Assembly (NCBI GenBank): GCA_024704765.1
Contig: JAKMXF010000311.1
Span: 124,001 to 188,000, forward strand
Reading direction: 5' to 3'
Source: Oopsacas minuta
Lineage: Eukaryota > Animalia > Porifera
Length of the DNA: 64,000 nt
The translations under genes and the position numbers were made by a program. The notes below the pieces were generated by a model. That model had not been told where the DNA came from, ran no database searches, and worked only from the letters and a program-made list of their open reading frames with translations. Below, piece by piece: positions 60,187 to 64,000 of this stretch. Numbering within the stretch: the stretch's first letter is position 1; each line of letters opens with the position of its first letter.

Positions 60187-62665
60187 TCAATGTGCTACGT
60201 GTACATGTCTCTCTACTAGTACTTTTGATTTATTACTTCTACTCGGTGCTATGTTTGTACGTTTCCCAGTTTGTATGTAAATCGGATTGGTTGGTTCTTT
60301 CGTTTTAGTGATTGGCTGAGGATTTGTGTTTGCTGTTTTCTTCTGTGACTTTGCAATTGGTATATATGCACTTTGTGTTGTACTAGGAGGTTCAGGGATA
60401 ATCGGGGGATCAGGAGGGATTGGTTCCAGGTCGATGTGTTGATTGGAGGGTGGTACTATGTCCTGTGGTTGGAACATGGTCATAGCTTCCATACTGAGTG
60501 CACATACTCCACGCATAAATGCTTTTTTCATTGTTTCCTCGTATGTTTCACGGTCTCGTGTTAATACCTTTACTTCTTCACGAGCCTCATGGAGTGCATT
60601 CTCAGCTTCTGCTACCTTTAGCTCATAATCTGCTGTAAGATGAGTACAGACCTGGTGGAGAGGAAGCGTTAAAGATTAGATATCATAAAATACAAATGAC
60701 GTCAAAATAAGGGAAGTGTTTCCAATCTTTGGGACCATGGATATACATTGCTATTTTCAATGGACGTATTCTGTATTCGAAATCGTGTTTTTACAAACAG
60801 TTATTATACTTTACCCGAGTTTTCGCCTCTCGTCCATGTAAAAATGATCAAAATCCCAGAGTTAAGGTGTTTCCCTCGGCACCTTTGCCTCTTACTACCA
60901 TGCAATAAGGTTTTTGTCAAGTTTCGGCGGACATTAGCCTCAAAACAAATTTCCATATTTCCTAATATACTAAAGCTAACCTGTTGTGCCCTTGCTTGAC
61001 ACGCCCTCTCAATCCTAGCCTTCCATCTCCCAACAATCAAAGACCTCCATCCTTCCCAACTCCTCCTCTTCATTCGTCTAACATTACACTGTTCTGCTAA
61101 TCTAACCTTCAATGCCATACCTCTAGCCTCTGCTAAACGCTCCCTCCATAAGCCCCAGTACTTCCTAGCGTTACACACGTGACGTACTTTACTCAAAGAA
61201 CGTGTTATACTCTCTAATGCTTGGTTACGGTGGGATAAAGACATCTCATATCGAGTGACTAATTCACGCATAGATTCTAGTTCTCTTTGTAAACTGTTTA
61301 CTTCGAATGCTCGCTCTTCTCTTGTCCTGTTAATTGAGTCACGGACTTTAGCATTAAGTCGTGTTTGTATTTGTTGTACTTCTGCTAGAGTGTTGCGTTT
61401 GAAATTACCAGTCCATTCATCAATAAAGTCATCTGCGGAAATATGTATGGTAAACTCCCGTTACATCGAAGGATTAATTGATTAATATAGTACCAAACCG
61501 TCAAAAGCTTTATATCATAAATTTTATCATCAGTTACTTATAGGAATTATATCAAAATAATTATCGCAGTATCGATATAAACCGAAGTTGATTGTAATAG
61601 TAATATTATATAGAGTAGAACTCGGATATGTCGTTCTCCTCGGCAAGCCGTAAAAGTGCATAATAAACGAGTTAAACTGGAACATCTACGTATACCAATT
61701 TACATCACAGAAAATGGTCATAGTTGCCTTCTGAAATCATGGCTAGCCGAATGTATGCCAAAAAGCGCGATTTATCGTTATTTTAACTTGTATATAATAA
61801 ACTCACTGATTCTATATAGCTCTATAGCATCTGTAGATAATTCATTGTTTACATTCTTCCTAACAGGGAAACCATCATAAACAAACTCCGTTACGTCATC
61901 AGTATTTGTCTGTAATACACGATGTTTAGGAATTGTATCTGTTTGGTATTTTGGTTCTTTTGAGAGTTCATCTAAGTCTAATGATAAATCTATGAGATCT
62001 GATTCCATATGGAATTGGGTAGCAGGTTTGGGAATAGGTTCTGGAGCTATCTCGGATGGTAATGGGATGATAGAGGGTACTTGTCTATGGAGATGTATCT
62101 CTGAAGAGTGATCTGTCGGAATAGAAAGAAAAACTATTTCAAATTTCGATAAACCGTATATCTCTGGATAAGCGTCCCGGTACATATTAATTTCATGAAG
62201 CATTTTTTAGCCTATTTCCCATGTTTGAAAATACTAAAATGTTTGGAAACGAATAATCCTGAGTGGCTGAGACGAAAATTCATCTCCAGAGAATGGAATG
62301 GTCTCGTTTCCTTAGACCCCTGCCGTGAACTACGTAGTTCACGCCTCTACAAGGAAATTATAATTCTTCGAAAAATCTAAAGGAAGTAACACAACTTTAC
62401 ACAGGAAATTTGTACAAATAATTTTCATACATTAGAATTGTATTCCACACTAGTATTTACCAGGTTGCTTCTTGAGTGGACTCATTATAACTGTTTCAGT
62501 TTGTGTACCATAGTTACTATTAAGAGGCGTTGGAATGTGTGGAGCTATGAGAGTATGTTTTAACAGTTCCTCATACTCCTCTCTGAATGTAGTAGACACA
62601 GAACTACCTTTACTCTCATCCAATATTGGTATAGACATGTTCATATCTTCTAGGCTACTATCCAT
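60187..62665 (-). CDS. POC5: Centrosomal protein POC5, 4 exons, 475 aa
   Basis: Exons 62665-62461, 62112-61807, 61432-60981 and 60651-60187 (1428 nt, GT-AG, in phase). Hallmarks: WEGWRSLI..WKARIERACQARA, DYELKV, MKKAFMRGVCALSMEAMTMF. Confidence 0.88.
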
Positions 62666-63313
62666 TAGCTAAAGTTGTATATTATGGGTAATTTAATGGA
62701 TATTTTCATACGTGAAGTTGCAGCGGTTCGTTCTTAAATTTTCAAAACAGAAAAACCAAGCCTAGACATTGCGAAGGCAGTCAAACATTAGAATCACAGA
62801 GCTGAACTATAAACGAAAGGGAATAACAGAAAGGCAATAAATGAATCAAACTACCATATTTGCGCCATAACACTTCGAGTTTGTCTAATGGATATTTTGC
62901 ATTATTTCTATAGCCATATTATTAGCATTTATTGGTTTTCTAGCCCAAGTGAAGCGGGAAATTGCAAATGCACCGAGATCATTCGGTTTCCTAGGCAATT
63001 TAGGACAGCTCTTGTTTGGTTATTTTGGCCTATCCAATCGGAAGGTGAATAATATCGATCGCTGATATTGACATATGAATATTCATATTAAACTATCAAG
63101 GACTTTCGATATTTGTTGAGGAACTATAGCATATATATTACACAGATTCCTAGTATACATAATCAATATATACAATCCAATAACAATCTCTAGATAAATA
63201 TTTGTAAAATAACAAATACAATAAATGAAAATTAGAAAAGTAGAGTGCAGGTAAAAAGAAATTTGTACTTTTTAGACTTTTTCTAGATGAAGAACCCATC
63301 AATCCATTTTTGA

Positions 63314-64000
63314 CTACAGACTGTTTTTGGTTCGATTGTCGAAATCAAATTCAGGTTCTAGTAAATGTATTTTTGTATTCGTGTTATATTTCTCTGATTT
63401 TCGCCGATGTGGGTCTCCTTTGGCAGAAGACCTAGTACTGTAATTGATAGGAGAATCTGGACTATGGAAACAGGGTAATAGTTCGCTTTCACTTCGCTGT
63501 TTCTTAGAAACCCAAGATTTCTTATGCAGTTGGACCTGTTTTATAATAGATTTAATATAATTGGATATTCGTAGTGCTTGTTCTATCTGATCGCATGACC
63601 ATTGGTCTTGAAATGGACTGATGAATTTCAAAGCATTTTCAAAGCCGATTGCTTCCATCTTGGGGGCTACATCTTGGTTGTCACCACTACAACGTATAGA
63701 AGATACTAATAAACTTTGGACAGCTGATTGAGTTGCACGATCGTTGTTATGTGATAGAAGTGCTAATATTTTCGGTTTTATTAAAGGTTCTATATCGGAA
63801 AAATAGCATTTGAATGTTTGTTTCGCTTCGGCCAATGTCTCGATGATATTTTTAGAACTAATATCATCATAGTTGTGGATAATATGAAGACTTAGTATGA
63901 AGAATATTAAAGTTTGAGAATTTGGATCTTTTATCAAATCTGGATGTACAATACAATCTTTTGTTTGTAGCAAAAATGTATTCAGTCTTTCGTCCCAGTT
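63314..64000 (-). CDS. NF1: Neurofibromin-like C-terminal region (3' end; frame open to the window edge)
   Basis: Recalled similarity to the NF1 C-terminal HEAT region: DP..Q.L...L, IIETLAEA..F, L..KI..LLS..D, GF....F..PF. The alignment is divergent and was made by eye. Confidence 0.6.
   Translation of the reverse strand, partial: NWDERLNTFLLQTKDCIVHPDLIKDPNSQTLIFFILSLHIIHNYDDISSKNIIETLAEAKQTFKCYFSDIEPLIKPKILALLSHNNDRATQSAVQSLLVSSIRCSGDNQDVAPKMEAIGFENALKFISPFQDQWSCDQIEQALRISNYIKSIIKQVQLHKKSWVSKKQRSESELLPCFHSPDSPINYSTRSSAKGDPHRRKSEKYNTNTKIHLLEPEFDFDNRTKNSL

Noticed and set aside
62195-62400. Nearer acceptors (ttcctttag, ttccttgtag) as POC5 exon 2 starts
   Set aside because: Both give an in-frame TGA; the acceptor at 62113 keeps the frame.
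1-64000. tRNA, rRNA, snRNA or spliced-leader RNA genes and autonomous transposase or reverse-transcriptase ORFs
   Set aside because: None recognised by eye; covariance-model searches were not possible, so small ncRNAs cannot be excluded.

Overview
AT-rich eukaryotic (metazoan) genomic window; no rRNA, tRNA or CRISPR seen. The compact layout with many intronless and nested genes resembles a sponge genome, possibly a glass sponge, but this taxon call is only inference. The minus strand carries a head-to-tail run of conserved genes: NF1-like 3' end, POC5 (4 exons), MTR (11 exons reconstructed, 1254 aa), a copine, MRPL22, an RPUSD2-like pseudouridine synthase, EMC8/9 and part of ARMC4/ODAD2. The plus strand carries only intronless genes: a PAK-like kinase, seven divergent GLUT8/Tret1-like sugar porters, three ABCG2-like half-transporters and a B4GALNT3/4-like glycosyltransferase. 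Main observations: (1) the seven sugar porters share a nearly identical 515-bp core while their 5' and 3' parts are strongly diverged, and core variants are distributed in a reticulate, gene-conversion-like way; (2) six of them appear to lie antisense inside one 11.9-kb ARMC4 intron; (3) the glycosyltransferase is nested in MTR intron 10. Many short TIR elements (MITEs) occur in introns and intergenic DNA. All splice models were read by eye and need RNA-seq confirmation.
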